Below, in pieces: positions 48,666 to 60,705 of a stretch of 64,000 bases of DNA. The notes under the pieces are model-generated. The model saw nothing but the letters and a program-made list of their open reading frames with translations, did no database searches and was not told where the DNA came from. Within the stretch, counting starts at the first letter, position 1; the number at the start of each line of letters is the position of its first letter. This DNA comes from Chromera velia (taxonomy: Eukaryota). Location of the stretch: positions 1-64,000 of the forward strand of contig JAHBMJ010000333.1 of the NCBI GenBank assembly GCA_018398765.1. The letters run 5' to 3'. Both the position numbers and the translations under genes were made by a program.

Positions 48666-51600
48666 GCATGAAGGATTGAAAAAGAACGGAAACCCTAAGA
48701 AAGCGGTAGGGAAAGATGGCATGCCTCCGGATGTGCATGGTGTAATGACAAAGTCGGCAACAGTGGTCGAGTGTTACCATGCATTGATAAATGTGTGTGT
48801 TCGTTTCGCATGGTGGCCGTCTGGATGGAATGATCTTGTGATCTCCACATTTTCCAAACCAGGGAAGCCGCAGAACATTCAAAAAGGTTGGAGATCAATC
48901 CACTTAGACTCAGCCGATACGAAATGGGGGGAGTTGTAGATAAGGGATGCGGTAAAGACGGAGGGAAAGGGGAAATGGAACCATGTGCAGTTCGTCTATA
49001 GTAAAGGGGTGGGAACCTTAAATGCAATTTTTCTTTTGCTTCAATCGATCGCTTATCTCGAGATTCTTTTTGTTTCTTTTATTGATTTCGTAAGTGCATT
49101 TGATGAAACATCTCACAGTAGAATGCCTGAACAGTTCAGAAAGCATGGAATACGGGAAGAGACCATTAAATAGGTATATAAGTCGCTGCAAAATATCAGA
49201 GCAAGGGTGAAAGCCTTAGGGGGTGATTTCTGGTTTTGAGAAGAAAAAGGGTCAAAGCAGGGAGGTCCGGCAGGACCTTCTCTGTTTAAAAAATATATAA
49301 ATGACATACCAGCAGACATTGGGAGGTCCCTGGAGGGCAGGCCTCACCAGGAGGGGTCCCAAACTCCAGAAAGGCCCCAAGGGTACGCAAGAGAACTTCC
49401 CTGTCAGGCTTTTTACTGATGACACGTACCTTCAATCGATAGAGGCAGAGGAGATAGAGAGGCTTCTGAAGGCACTGGAGGAGTATGTGAGGCCTTTGAA
49501 GCTCCTTCTGTCAGATAAGTCAAGAATAATGAAGTTTGGACAGAAAACGGGGGTGAGAAGAAAGCGATTCACATTGGATGGGGCGGAGTTAGTTCAGGCA
49601 AGCGAATATCCATACCTTGGCCTTCTTTTAACAGAAGATTGCTCCACAGATGCAATGATGAGAGAGAGAATGATTAAGGCAGAAAGACTCTTTTTTGCGT
49701 TGAAAAGTAAGATTAGTGCAGGAAGAGAGATCCCACCCGCAATTTGTTTTTAATGGTTCAGGCAGACAGTGTGTGCAGTTTGGTCATATGGCTGCGAAGT
49801 ACATTCACACTTGCAGGAAGCGTTTGTAAAATTTGACAGACTGTAAAGAAGATTCATTCGATGGGTGCTGCAACTGAGAGAGAAAGAAAGCATACTCACC
49901 ACTTCTCTTGAGCCAGGCCTTCTTCTTATCGATCTGGTGGTTGCACAGAGAACTCTGATGTGGACAAGGAAGGTAATCTAAAAAGGAAATGACACACTAA
50001 CTGGCCATGCACTCTTTTAATCATTACAGGAAGGAGTCAATAATATTTTTAGAACTGAGAAGAAGGAAGCTTCGCCCCTTTCACTTTTTCCCTCACTTAA
50101 AGAAATGTGTCGAAACACTTTTCACAGAGACAAGAAGCCATCCCTTCCAGATAGGAAGAGAATCAGAAGCTGCGGGCAGACAACCTTCCTTTGAGAGAAG
50201 AGGCAGAATAGTAAGGTGGATAGAAGCGTTAAAAAAGGAAAAAATTATAAAGAGGAAAAAGGAAGCATTTGCAGAGAGAGTTAAGAGGTCAGTGCAGAAA
50301 AGAGGAAGGGCCGAGAGGGAAGAGCTGAGAGAAGGCGTCATGCATCCTATCCATACGTCTCTATCCAACGGAAATCGCCTAAATCTATGGCTTTACAACT
50401 GTTACAGTAAGAATGGAGAAGATACAGACAGAAACATTTTATTAGATAGAGATAAAATAGAGAGAACTCCCATCTGTTATACAAAAATAGCTCCCTGGCC
50501 TGTCTACAGAAGAAGTGCTGCATTTCAGATAGGAGAGAGAAACTTGGAGGTAAACAGGGGGAAGTTTTCAACAGAAAAAAGCAAAGAGACCCCATTGATA
50601 AAAAAGAAATGCATGGTTTGCTGTGACCTACTTAGCATTCAAGTAGTCGAAGATGAAATCCATGTGCTGACTGAATGCCCTCTGCATGATGGAAAAGGGC
50701 AGACCGGGGCAGACTGCGCTTGCAAGCTTTGATAACAAATTGGAGTTCGATAAAAAGGAGAGAAGAGAAAGCTACAAAAAGTAGCAGATGGAAAGTGGAT
50801 GGTAAAGAGAAGGTAGACAAGATCACTCTATTCTTTTTTCTTTTGAATGAGGCCGACAAGAATGTTGATACCTTTCTGAAAGACGTCATAATGGAAAGAC
50901 AGGTAGTAAAAGAATAGAAAAGAAAAAAGGGAGACAATTTGAGACAAACTTTAGGAAGAGAGTTAGATAGACTGCATCAGGAGACTTGGAAAAGTGAGAA
51001 AAAAAGAGAGAGAAGAATTAAAGAGTATGAAAGGGTGTGGAGTGATACAAAGGAAACAAAAGAGGAGGGAAAAAGGAGGAGGATAGGATGTTGGGAGGTT
51101 TTGGAACTTGCTTCGAGCCGTTCATCTACAATTCTGGGATCGTTCCCTTTCAAACCCTACTTTGGAATGGAGTGAGCCCTCTTGCATACACACGCAGGTG
51201 ATTGACTGTTCAATGTGATCTGTTCACGGCACAGGCTAGGCCTGTGCAGGCCGGCCAGGGAGGTCTGATGCGTCTAGGCGCTTTCCTTGGAAGCCGCACG
51301 TCGGACATTCGATATTATGGTAGGAAGCCAATCCTCCCGGACCGAACATTGATCCTAATCCTAATCCTAATAGAAAAACAAAAAAAAACTAAAACAACCA
51401 CAAACAGTGACAATTTACACACACACTGACAAACCTGGTGCAAAAATGTGCAAAACCTAGTACAAAACACAGAAATTTTCAGAAACGATATGCATAATAA
51501 TACAATGTAAATTCTGAGTTTAATTATCGGATAATTATCCATTTTTTAAAATAAGTTGTAAAATAAAAAACATATCTCAAACAATTAAAAAAAAATTACA

Positions 51601-51816
51601 AAGGTGTACTTGGTGTTGGTTAGTCCTATATTGTGGTGGGCTAATGCACTGCAAAACGCTGTCGATCTGATGTCGGCGTGCATTTCGAGCGCCTGCATGC
51701 ATGATGACTACTAGTATGATGATGGCGCCATCGTTTTTTTTTTTTTTTTTTCTGCATGGCTTAATTCAAAAAAAAAAATTGCAAAGCTTTGACCATCTTT
51801 CATACACTGTCTTCGA

Positions 51817-52671
51817 CAGTACTAGGTGCAATTAAATTGTAGTGCCCATTGTTTTGACGAGCTGAGAGCAAACAATAATTGCAATTATTGCAAATAATTG
51901 CCAATTAATTGCGTAGAAAATAAAAAATGATGATTTTCTAGGGTATGTACGTAGTTTATATGCCTTTCAAACATTTTTATAAATTATAATCGTTTTAAGA
52001 TTAAATACTAATTTTTTTACATTGTTTAAGCGTAATATAAATCTATAAAAGTTATTTAAACTAGTTAAGAAGGCACTGATATGACTTCAATTAGTAGAAG
52101 AGTCTGTCTTTCAAACCTTTGTACGTTCTAAAACTGCCCATCCGACTGTTTTCCTTCACACGCCCATAAAACGGCAGAGAAAGGGCTTCTCTCTCTCCCA
52201 GTATGTCTGCTGGTCGAACTGTTCCTTGCCTACCCTTTCAGGCAGCTCGATGGTCATCGCCTTTGCCATGCACCATATCAATGTTCCACCTGTCTCTATT
52301 GACCTTTAGAGAAGCGATGCACTCAAGGGTAGAGGGCTCCATAGACTGTCTCTTATCCGACTGAATGAGTTTTGCCTGTCAGGAGAGAACAGATGCTCGA
52401 TGAAACAGGTCGTATCGGGCAAGAACTCAAAGTCCTTGTACTTGTAGTCAGTCGCCGCTGCCTCCCTACGCTCCCTTCTCACCTTCTTCAACACGCTGGC
52501 AGCGAAGTTGCTAATGGTGCTTTCGGTGGATACGCCTCCTAAACAACAAGTTAAAGCTGAAAGTGCATTAGTTTACTTTACTTATCAATTAATTGCCAAT
52601 AATTGCTTTCGGCCAGCTCAAGCCAAACAATAATTGCAATAATTATTGCAATAATTGCTTCCCTTAGTTTG
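51817..52671 (-). mobile_element. Internally deleted hAT element with a transposase C-terminal remnant (~52270-52540)
   Basis: 8-bp TSD GTCTTCGA (51809-16, 52672-79); degenerate TIRs; minus-strand FLPDTTCFIEHLFS..SMEPSTLECIASLKVNRDRW resembles the hAT dimerisation domain. Confidence 0.7.
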
Positions 52672-53047
52672 GTCTTCGATGATCTACGATCATGATGCCA
52701 CCAATTTCCACGCTCCGCATTAGTTTTCATGCTCCCTCCTCTGATCTCCTCTGCTCCCCCTCTCTCTCTACAAGTTCTACATGACTAAAAAAACTTTGGC
52801 TCTGAAACTCGTGCATGCAGGGAAAAGGCTATGTGAAATCTCTCTCCTCCATCGGTCCACACACACACAAGAGGCAACAAAAGGGGAAGCTGCGGCTGCA
52901 CAAAAAACATGAAGCGGGAGCACTACCGTGGCTTTGAATCCGAATGTCAACAAGAAGATAAACTAGAAGATGAAGAGAAGCGACACACCTCTCCGGTCCT
53001 CTTCCAGCATAAATGAAAGAAAGACAGACAAACATACATACACACAG

Positions 53048-53050
<3 letters not shown>

Positions 53051-53088
<38 letters not shown>

Positions 53089-53174
53089 CAGGAAGGAAGG
53101 AACGAAGGAAGGGAGGAAGGAAGATAGGCAGGCAGGCAAGCAGAAAGAGGAAAAAAAAAAAAGAGAGAAAAAAA

Positions 53175-53206
<32 letters not shown>

Positions 53207-53322
53207 AAAAAAGAAAGAAAGAAAGAAAGAAAGAAAAAAAAAAAAGAAAGAAAGAAAGAAAGAAAGAAAAGAAGGAAGGAAGGAAGGAAGGAAGGAAGGA
53301 AAGAAAGAAAGAAAGAAAGAAA
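53051..53322. repeat. (GA)n / (GAAA)n / (GGAA)n microsatellite block
   Basis: Directly visible. Confidence 0.95.
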
Positions 53323-53615
53323 GGATAAATCGACAAAGACTATCTGTTCATCTCCCTTTCTCTGGTTGACGCTGATTGAGAAACTGAGGGTTAGGCAGAG
53401 ACGATGCACCTGTTTTTGTGGACATGTGAATCGGAATTCAATTCCTTTCTCCAGTGCAAAGTCTCTTTCTCTCTTCCACGTATTATTTCCCCCCTCCTTT
53501 CTCTCCTTGCCATCCGCCCCCTTCTTGTTCCGTGTCTGCCGTTTTATGTTTCCTCACTCTCGACATCTTTCCCATAACTTCCCTACTGCTAGTCACCACG
53601 GATTTTTTTTTTATC

Positions 53616-55159
53616 TCAGCCATAGAATACGTTCGCAGAGGTGCGTGACTTTCCAGTCGCTTCCCCCACCGGCTCTACTGTGGGGAACATAAACGGGACG
53701 GCAACACACATGCCTTCCTTCACTGCGGAGACGGCATGGAGACGGTTGCCCCCGTCAAAAATGCTCAGAAGGCCGCTGACATTCTCAGTTACAACTGCAG
53801 GCTTCAACGCCCCCTTCTCAAACTGAATCTCCCTCTCCGGACACGATGAGGAGAACTTTTCAAGAACTGCCCAGACCTCAGAGACGTGCGAGCGGGTGAT
53901 GCCGTTGAACATCACACGCTCGCCCCCCCTGATGCAGTCCTGAATGCCCACAATGGCCGTGGCATCCATCAGCCGTACCCGTAGGGCCTGTGTGTGTCCA
54001 TCATCCTTCTCTTCGTCTGTGATGTCTGTATCCTCACTGGCGTTGTCGCTGTTAATCCAGTCGAAGTGAAACCGCAGGGCTGTGTGTGCCTCTGTGGCAG
54101 GTCTCATGATGTTCATTCCAATGCCGACGCTATACTCGAAAGTGAAGAGGGGGGGGAAGCGCATAACCTTCTGGATGAAGATGCAGAGATGGGGAAGGTG
54201 GTAGATCCACTGCAACGTGCAGTCCTTATCCAATTTATTCTGCCCGACAGCGGACATCTGCGTGTCTGAGAACAGATGACAGCGCTCGTCTGTGGCCGGG
54301 TCCCAGGCCTGGACCTCTCTTGGGGGGTACACAGGGCGTTTGTGGCCGTATCTCGTGAGGGCGATAGGCTCGAGTGCGAGGGTTTGGCTGGCCAGTTGGG
54401 GGAGGCAGTTCTTGTCGAGGAACTGGATAGAGAGCTCCCCTGTGTTTGCGTAGGAGTCCACAAGGGCCTTGAGGGCGTTATCGTCTCCCACGAGGACGAA
54501 GAACGCGTCCTCGACTACGTCCCTCATCTTCTCTCTGTAGAGATGCAGGACCTCGACATACAGAGAGGGCGACTTCATACGAAGCTCTCGGAGTGCCTTT
54601 TCACGCCACTCCCAAGAGGCGGCCTCCCCTGCAGACACGAAACAAGGAAGAAACGGGGAAACGGGATTGAAGAGAAGACGAGAAGAGATCGATGAGAAGA
54701 CACGAGAAGAAAATGAAACAAAAGTAGGAGGGACATGAAAAGAAGAGAGAAGAGAATAAAGTGAGTCCACAAAAGGCTCAAAGGAGGAGGAGAAGGTGGA
54801 GACGGCTTGCCGGCTACATGGAAGGAGAAAGAGACGGAAGATCCTGATCAATTCAGATAGACGTTTGACCGAGAAGAAACACCTCCCGAAAAATGCACGA
54901 CGCTATGAGAGCTAGAAGCATATCAATGTTGGTAGAAATGATGGACCATGGAAGGACGGGTCCACTCATCCCCATCCCCGTCCAGCCGAAAGAGCAAGTC
55001 TGAAGAAAGAGTAGAGCTCTCAGCATATCCCAAAAATCAAACCAACTCACCTGTGAATGCTGCCCAGAACTCATCCAGTGAAAGAGTGCCTTTGGAAAGA
55101 TCAGTACTCATGTCAACGAGTGTAGCACTTTCTGTTATTGTCTTCTCTACGGAAGCCAT
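53616..55159 (-). CDS. 2OG-Fe(II) oxygenase superfamily protein, ~373 aa, resembling bacterial BesD/HalD-like oxygenases; exons 55159-55051 and 54628-53616
   Basis: Donor CAG|GTGAG and acceptor TCTGCAG|GG join in phase 1 (..AAFT-G-EAASW..). Motifs MNIM..LRFHFD (HxD), GGE, LSIFDG..LHAVSAV (distal His), terminal FYG. The first ~74 codons of the track ORF are intronic. Confidence 0.8.
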
Positions 55160-55517
55160 CCTTTTTACAAGTCTCCACTTTTAATTGTGATTGAAGTCGA
55201 TGTCCGAAAAAACCAAAAACCCCAAACTAACTCTCCTGCTAATTGAAATCTATTCAGTTCGCCGTCCTTCTCTTTCTCAGTGTCAATATGTAGCCTCTGT
55301 AGTTGGCCGTGAGGTTTCTTCCCGCCAAGTTTCTGATCACCGATCACCAAGATTTCTTGGAATCTCAGATCTGTTCAGCCATGCAGTCGGCTATAGTGGA
55401 CTGGAAGATGCTGGAAGTATATGGGCCATGCATCTCCAACGCACGTGGCAAGACGCGCGTGCACGCATGCATGAATAGGCCACGCCAAGCCTGTTATGGG
55501 GGCCTACTTTCAGCCTT

Positions 55518-56762
55518 GGAGCCGGAGGTTCCTAGCGTGGCGCATGCTAATAGCCTAAAGCAGCAAGACCGATAGGTCAAGTAGCTATTAGAGCGTTATT
55601 AGCAGCGTCGCCCCTGCGACTTCTTAATATTTGTTAAGGTGAAGCCCTAAGTAAGGCGTATATAGGCACCTCTCTAACTGGGCCCACCTAATATATGATG
55701 ACACCTAATATATAGTAGCCGATCGAGGCTGCGGGAGCCTAAATGAATAAACGACGCCGAACCTGTGAGGCCAACCTGCGTTTAGGCGTACTAAGGCGTA
55801 CAGGCCATACACGGAGGCTTCACAACTAATGAACACCCGAGAAACGGTTTGATCCTACACATAACGGAACCGAAAGACGTAAAGTTGACTCAGTTCTATT
55901 TTGAACCAACGAATTCACCCACCCACCCACTGCTATTTGGTGAATCACAATTTTGTGCTTCAAGCATTAAACTGCTCAGCTGGTGAACCTGGCTAAGGGA
56001 CGAACCAGTCTGTACCAGTTTAGAATAAATTGTGGGCGCTGAGACAGCGAATGGGAACCTCTATTGTTGCGGGAGCCGGAGGTTCCTAGGGCGGCGTATG
56101 CTAATAGCCTAAAGCAGCAAGACCGATAGGTCAAGTAGCTATTAGAGTGTTATTAGCAGCGTCGCCCCTGCGACTTCTTAATATTTGTTAAGGTGAAGCC
56201 CTAAGTAAGGCGTATATAGGCACCTCTCTAACTGGGCCCACCTAATATATGATGACACCTAATATATAGTAGCCAATCGAGGCCGCGGGAGCCTAAATGA
56301 ATAAACGACGCCGAACCTGTGAGGCCAACCTGCGTTTAGGCGTACTAAGGCGTACAGGCCGTACACGGAGGCTTCACAACTAATGAACGCCCGAGAAACG
56401 GTTTGATCCTACGCGTAACGGAACCGAAAGACGTAAAGTTGACTCAGTTCATCATCATCATCATCAGTTCTATTTTGAACTGATGAATTCACCCACCCAC
56501 CCGCTGCTATTTGGTGAATCACAATTTTATGCTTCAAACATTAAACTGCTCAGCTGGTGAACCTGGCTAAGGGACGAACCAGTCTGTACCAGTTTAGAAT
56601 AAATTGTGGGCGCTGAGACAGCGAATGGGAACCTCTATCGTTGCGGGAGCCGGAGGTTCCTAGGGCGGCGCATGCTAATAGCCTAAAGCAGCAAGACCGA
56701 TAGGTCAAGTAGCTATTAGAGCGTTATTAGCAGCGTCGCCGCGACGGGAGGCCCTGCGACTT
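55518..56762. repeat. ~555-575-bp tandem repeat, ~2.2 copies
   Basis: GGAGCCGGAGGTTCCTAG recurs at 55518, 56072 and 56646. Confidence 0.92.
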
Positions 56763-56950
56763 GTCGCGCGCGCGGCATGCATACCCGCGGCCGCGGCCCA
56801 TGCAATGATCGCGGGCCGCGAGAATGAATTAAGAGAACTTCCAGTTGAGAAGCTATATATAGGTTGGTGCTGAGTCATTGCTAACTTCTCTCTGACAGCA
56901 CGAACAATGTCGGAACGTGCATGAGGCGTCTTATTTGGTGAACTGTCACG

Positions 56951-59223
56951 ATGCTCCAGTGTCGGACGCGTGGGGCCCTGAGTCGGCCGTCTCTTTTGTG
57001 TCGAAAAGTTTTTCCTTTGACCCGTCTCCGTCTCCTCTCCGCGGCGTCTCGTGCCCCTCCATCTCCGTTCAGCCGAGGAGAATTAGGAGATGAGACCAGC
57101 GACTTCTACCGGCAGGTCACGGTGAAGCTACAGAACGATGCTCGACTGACGTACCACATTCAAGGCGTAGCCCCCCATTCCCCCCCAAATGCCGACGCTG
57201 ACTGTGTGTGCCGACTGATAAAAGAGATCCAGCCGGGGCGAGTCATGCTAGAGCTCTGCCAGTACAGACTGCAGCTCCTGCACATATATACCAAGGTCAG
57301 TGGGGCGTATAAATGCGCAAAAGCAATTCCGCACTACCGTGAATTATCTTCTCGTATGTTCTCACTCCCTCATCTATGCTCAAATGTGCTCCCGCCTCCG
57401 CACAATGCCAACAGACAGTGAACCCCACCCAAATCTTACTGCGAATATGTTGGTCCTTCCCACAGTTGAATTGTTTCTTGATTCTCTCTTCTGAACTTTT
57501 GCATGGCTCTCTGTGCATGACTGTGCAGGAGGAGGGGGCAGCCACGATGGGGGGGGTGTCGGACATGGGGGGGACTCTTGCTGCCTGGACTATGTTTGGG
57601 GGTCTGCTCTGCTTCCAGGTTGGGGGAAGGGCAGTGGAGCGATGCGACAGAGAGAGTGCAATATGGGGGGTGAGGGTGCTTCTGAGAAGTCGGTCATTGA
57701 ATGTTTGCGGCGGCGCAGCGACTCGCTCTCTTTCTTTTCATCATTTTGCACCCGAAAACAGGGCCGCCCTTGAGCGTGTTAAATTCCATCCATCCCATCC
57801 AACCGTACATTGACACGTAGATTCATACGTGCTCTCTGGACGGAATGGAACCATTCACGAAAGCCAGATACAAACAGAGAGCACTACGCGCGCGCGCGTG
57901 TGTATGTGTGCAGCTGCAGGATGTGGTTCGGAGAGCTCGCAAGTTGGGCGTCCCGATCTTCCTCTGTGATGTGAGCGGGAGGATCTTGAATCATCGGGTG
58001 GGTCTGCACGGCGTCTATCTTCGATTGTTCAGGTTTAAGTACATGCTTTGAGGTAGAGAGGCATGAAGGAGAGCTTGCTTACAAGAAGTTGATGGAAAGA
58101 GAGTGAATCCATTTGTTTCTGCAGGTGAATTCTCTGAAGTCTGTCTTTCGAGATGGAGGCATTTTTGCCTACCAGAAGATCTCAAAGTCTGTCCGGGAGC
58201 TACAGTCGCGAGAGGGCGGAGGGGGGCGTCTCCTTCCCTCCCACGCAGACGCACTTGAGGACGCACTAGACAGGGCAGGCTCGGGGCTCCATAGGGCGTT
58301 GGTGGAAGACAGGGCGGCCTTTCTGAGTGAACGGGTGTTGAGTGCTTGCGAGGGTTTGCAGCGGGGGGGGAGGGGTGCAGATGTGCTTGTGGTGTGCGGT
58401 GTGTTGAACGTCGATCTCGTCGCTGAGAGGATTCGAACAAACAGAAGGCTGACTGGAGAGGAGGTCGGTTAGTGAGATCGAGGAAGATGAAGAAATTTTG
58501 AAACCGGGTCGTCTTTTCCTCTTTTCCACGCGATTCCGATCCTCTGTTTGTTCCTGTTGATCGTTTTCTTCTGTCTCTCTCCCCTCCTACCGCCGCAACT
58601 TTGCTTTCTTTGTTTGGAAGTGTGTGTGGGAACGTGTGATTGTGTACGATTCCTTTTTTCTCCTGTTGTCCTCTTGGTGTACAGACGTCAGTTTGTTCCA
58701 TTCCCGCCTACGGGAACCCGAGAGAAGAAAAAGGGGAATGTGGATCTTGATGGTCTTTTGTAAGTTCCAAGTGTTTGGTTTGTTCTTCTTCATGATATTC
58801 TGCCACACTCAGAGAGAGGGTCACAAGACACTCAGTAATCCTACACCAGTCTGCGTGCCTCGATTTGCATCTTCGCCTTGGTGGATTCTTCCTTGTCAGC
58901 AGTTTGCTTGGGAGTTATCACACACAACGGCCACGGGTTGAGCCCTTAATCATCATCATATTGCTGTAGGTTTTCAATGGAGTTTCTTGGGAACTGAGAG
59001 GGATGAAAATGTTCTGCTGCTTTTTGCTTGGCCTCAGGTTCTCCGAATAGGGTGCGGTCCTCCTGACACCTCTCGGCAAGTGGCTGCGATTTCGTCCATC
59101 CCCTTGCTGGGTGTGGGGGCAGGAGCAGTTGTGGGTCTCTGGATGTTGGCAGAATTTGTGGGGGTGGACGAGGTGATAAAAGATACGTTCCAAAGGGTGT
59201 TTAAGCGCACAGCACAGAATTAG
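56951..59223 (+). CDS. TraB-domain protein (TRABD-like), ~347 aa; exons 56951-57295, 57529-57618, 57914-57997, 58125-58463, 59038-59223
   Basis: Four phase-0 GT-AG introns give an open frame. Motifs HIQG..H, V.RLIKEIQP..VMLELC..R, ARKLGVPIFLCD, LVEDR..FLS, VLVVCG..NV. Arg/Ser/Leu-rich N-terminus (presequence-like) and hydrophobic C-terminal helix. Confidence 0.78.
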
Positions 59224-59611
59224 TGAGTGTGAACATAATGCACAAAATAGCTAAAAGCCAGTGAAAGGATTTCTTATAGACGATACAAAAAAACTAGAAC
59301 AAGAAGGGGAAACTAGGTCTAGATAGGTCTAGACTTACCATGCAGCCTGTGTCAGGGTCAAGATTGCATGCATGCCTCGACGCCTTCTAACGTGTTCATA
59401 AAGGTATATCAAGGGGATCATTAGAAATCATTACAGCTCATAAGTTAAAGCTAATTTAGTCCTGGATCTACCTGGATCAGATGGTACAGAAGCAGTTAAT
59501 TCATTTTCAAAAGTTTTTTTTATTATTTTTTGTATGAGACGCTGAGAGACGTTCTATAACTAGTATTTTCAATAATAACAAACTCGGTATAAAACATAGA
59601 TTAATACATAC

Positions 59612-59845
59612 GACCTCCCTGAACCTAACTACCACTTAAAAGTTTAAGCCGTATTTTTAGATTAGCTTGAAAGTCCGCGCCGCAGACGCGGATCATTTAC
59701 GGTATTTTGAAAGCCGAAGCCGCATATCTGAACGGTGTTTTGACCATTTATGCTGCAGGCATGGACGGTCTCTTGAAAAACGATGCCACACATAGAGATC
59801 ATCTTGATTATATTTTTTCAAGTGGCACTTAGGTTCAGGGAGGTT
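59612..59845. mobile_element. 234-bp MITE
   Basis: GACCTCCCTGAACCTAA / TTAGGTTCAGGGAGGTT; decayed 8-bp TSD ATACATAC / ACACGTAC; homologous to 10933-12526. Confidence 0.82.
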
Positions 59846-60705
59846 ACACGTACAGCTAGAAACGACCTGCATATAATCGATTGAAAATCTAAAGAACCAA
59901 TATAATATTGTTTAACATTGTTTCTTTATTGTTTTTTTTTTTAAGATGATGATGATCTCGGATTCCCCCCAAAAATCCAAAAAGGTGTAGCTGGTATAGT
60001 CATGCTGGCTAAAGTAGGGTGCATGGGCAGGGTGGGCGAGCCACATGAAAACTACCTGAATGATAGGAGATGTAAATACGTTAGGGTGGGCCGAAGGCCC
60101 ACCGAGCCCACCCGGCTTGTAAGCGCCGGGTGGGTGGCACTCAGAGCTGAAACCTAAAGTGATCAGACTAAATATGTAACATCATGATACTACTAAACTC
60201 TATAAGAAATAATTTTAAATTAATCTATAAATCTTATAAAACTGTTTAAACATAAATTTACTATATTTTCATGTATTTTTAATAATACAGTAGAGACTGC
60301 AGATAGTGCAAAGTTAATCAAACAGTCATTCTGTAGTGTAAGCGAGTGTCAGTATATGATAGTTGCAATTATATATCATTGCACGCAGCTTAACAAGAGG
60401 ACTCAAACTTTAATAACCTCCCTCTGAATGACAATGGGCACTTCCCAGAAGAGTTCGAATGCCTCTGCTTCTGTTGGCGGGGGGAGGCAATGATCAATTA
60501 TGAAAGAGTCTGTCATAGTCTACCAAAAGTCCTTTATACGGAAACGCTGCTGACAAGCTAACCAACGATCTCGCCTATAATTGCAAACAACTTTGAGGTA
60601 AACAAAGATACACGTGGCCAGCCTTCAAAAAGGCCAGCCCTCATGCGCAGTGGTGCACACTGCATGCGGCTTTGTGTTGTAGGCCCGCAGGCTGCGGGAC
60701 CCGCG

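Larger units (their letters stand above)
13665..51371 (+). mobile_element. 5'-truncated LINE (APE-RT-CCHC) in three pieces: ~13665-14438, 43204-43510, 48670-51371
   Basis: APE C-terminus (FCEE..PLN..FTF..NDYV..TNH). Reading continues across the GCAT TSD (..DTKKVH|EGLKKNGNPKKAVGKDGMPP). RT motifs WRSIHL, FIDFVSAFD, KQGGPAGP.LF..YINDI, LFTDD, YPYLG; CxxC..EDEIHVLTEC; (ATCCTA)3 tail at 51352-51369. The 5' boundary is approximate. Confidence 0.85.

Noticed and set aside
51352..51371. Telomere-like (CCTAAT)n seed
   Set aside because: Only three units, located exactly at the LINE 3' end, so better explained as its tail.
52947..53692. Long Lys/Glu/Arg-rich or Phe/Leu/Ser-rich ORFs (also near 15276, 26124, 36400, 44800)
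   Set aside because: Translations of microsatellites and purine tracts.
54629..54851. N-terminal signal or transit peptide on the 411-aa track ORF
   Set aside because: Pyrimidine-rich intron sequence; the upstream exon 55159-55051 splices in frame.
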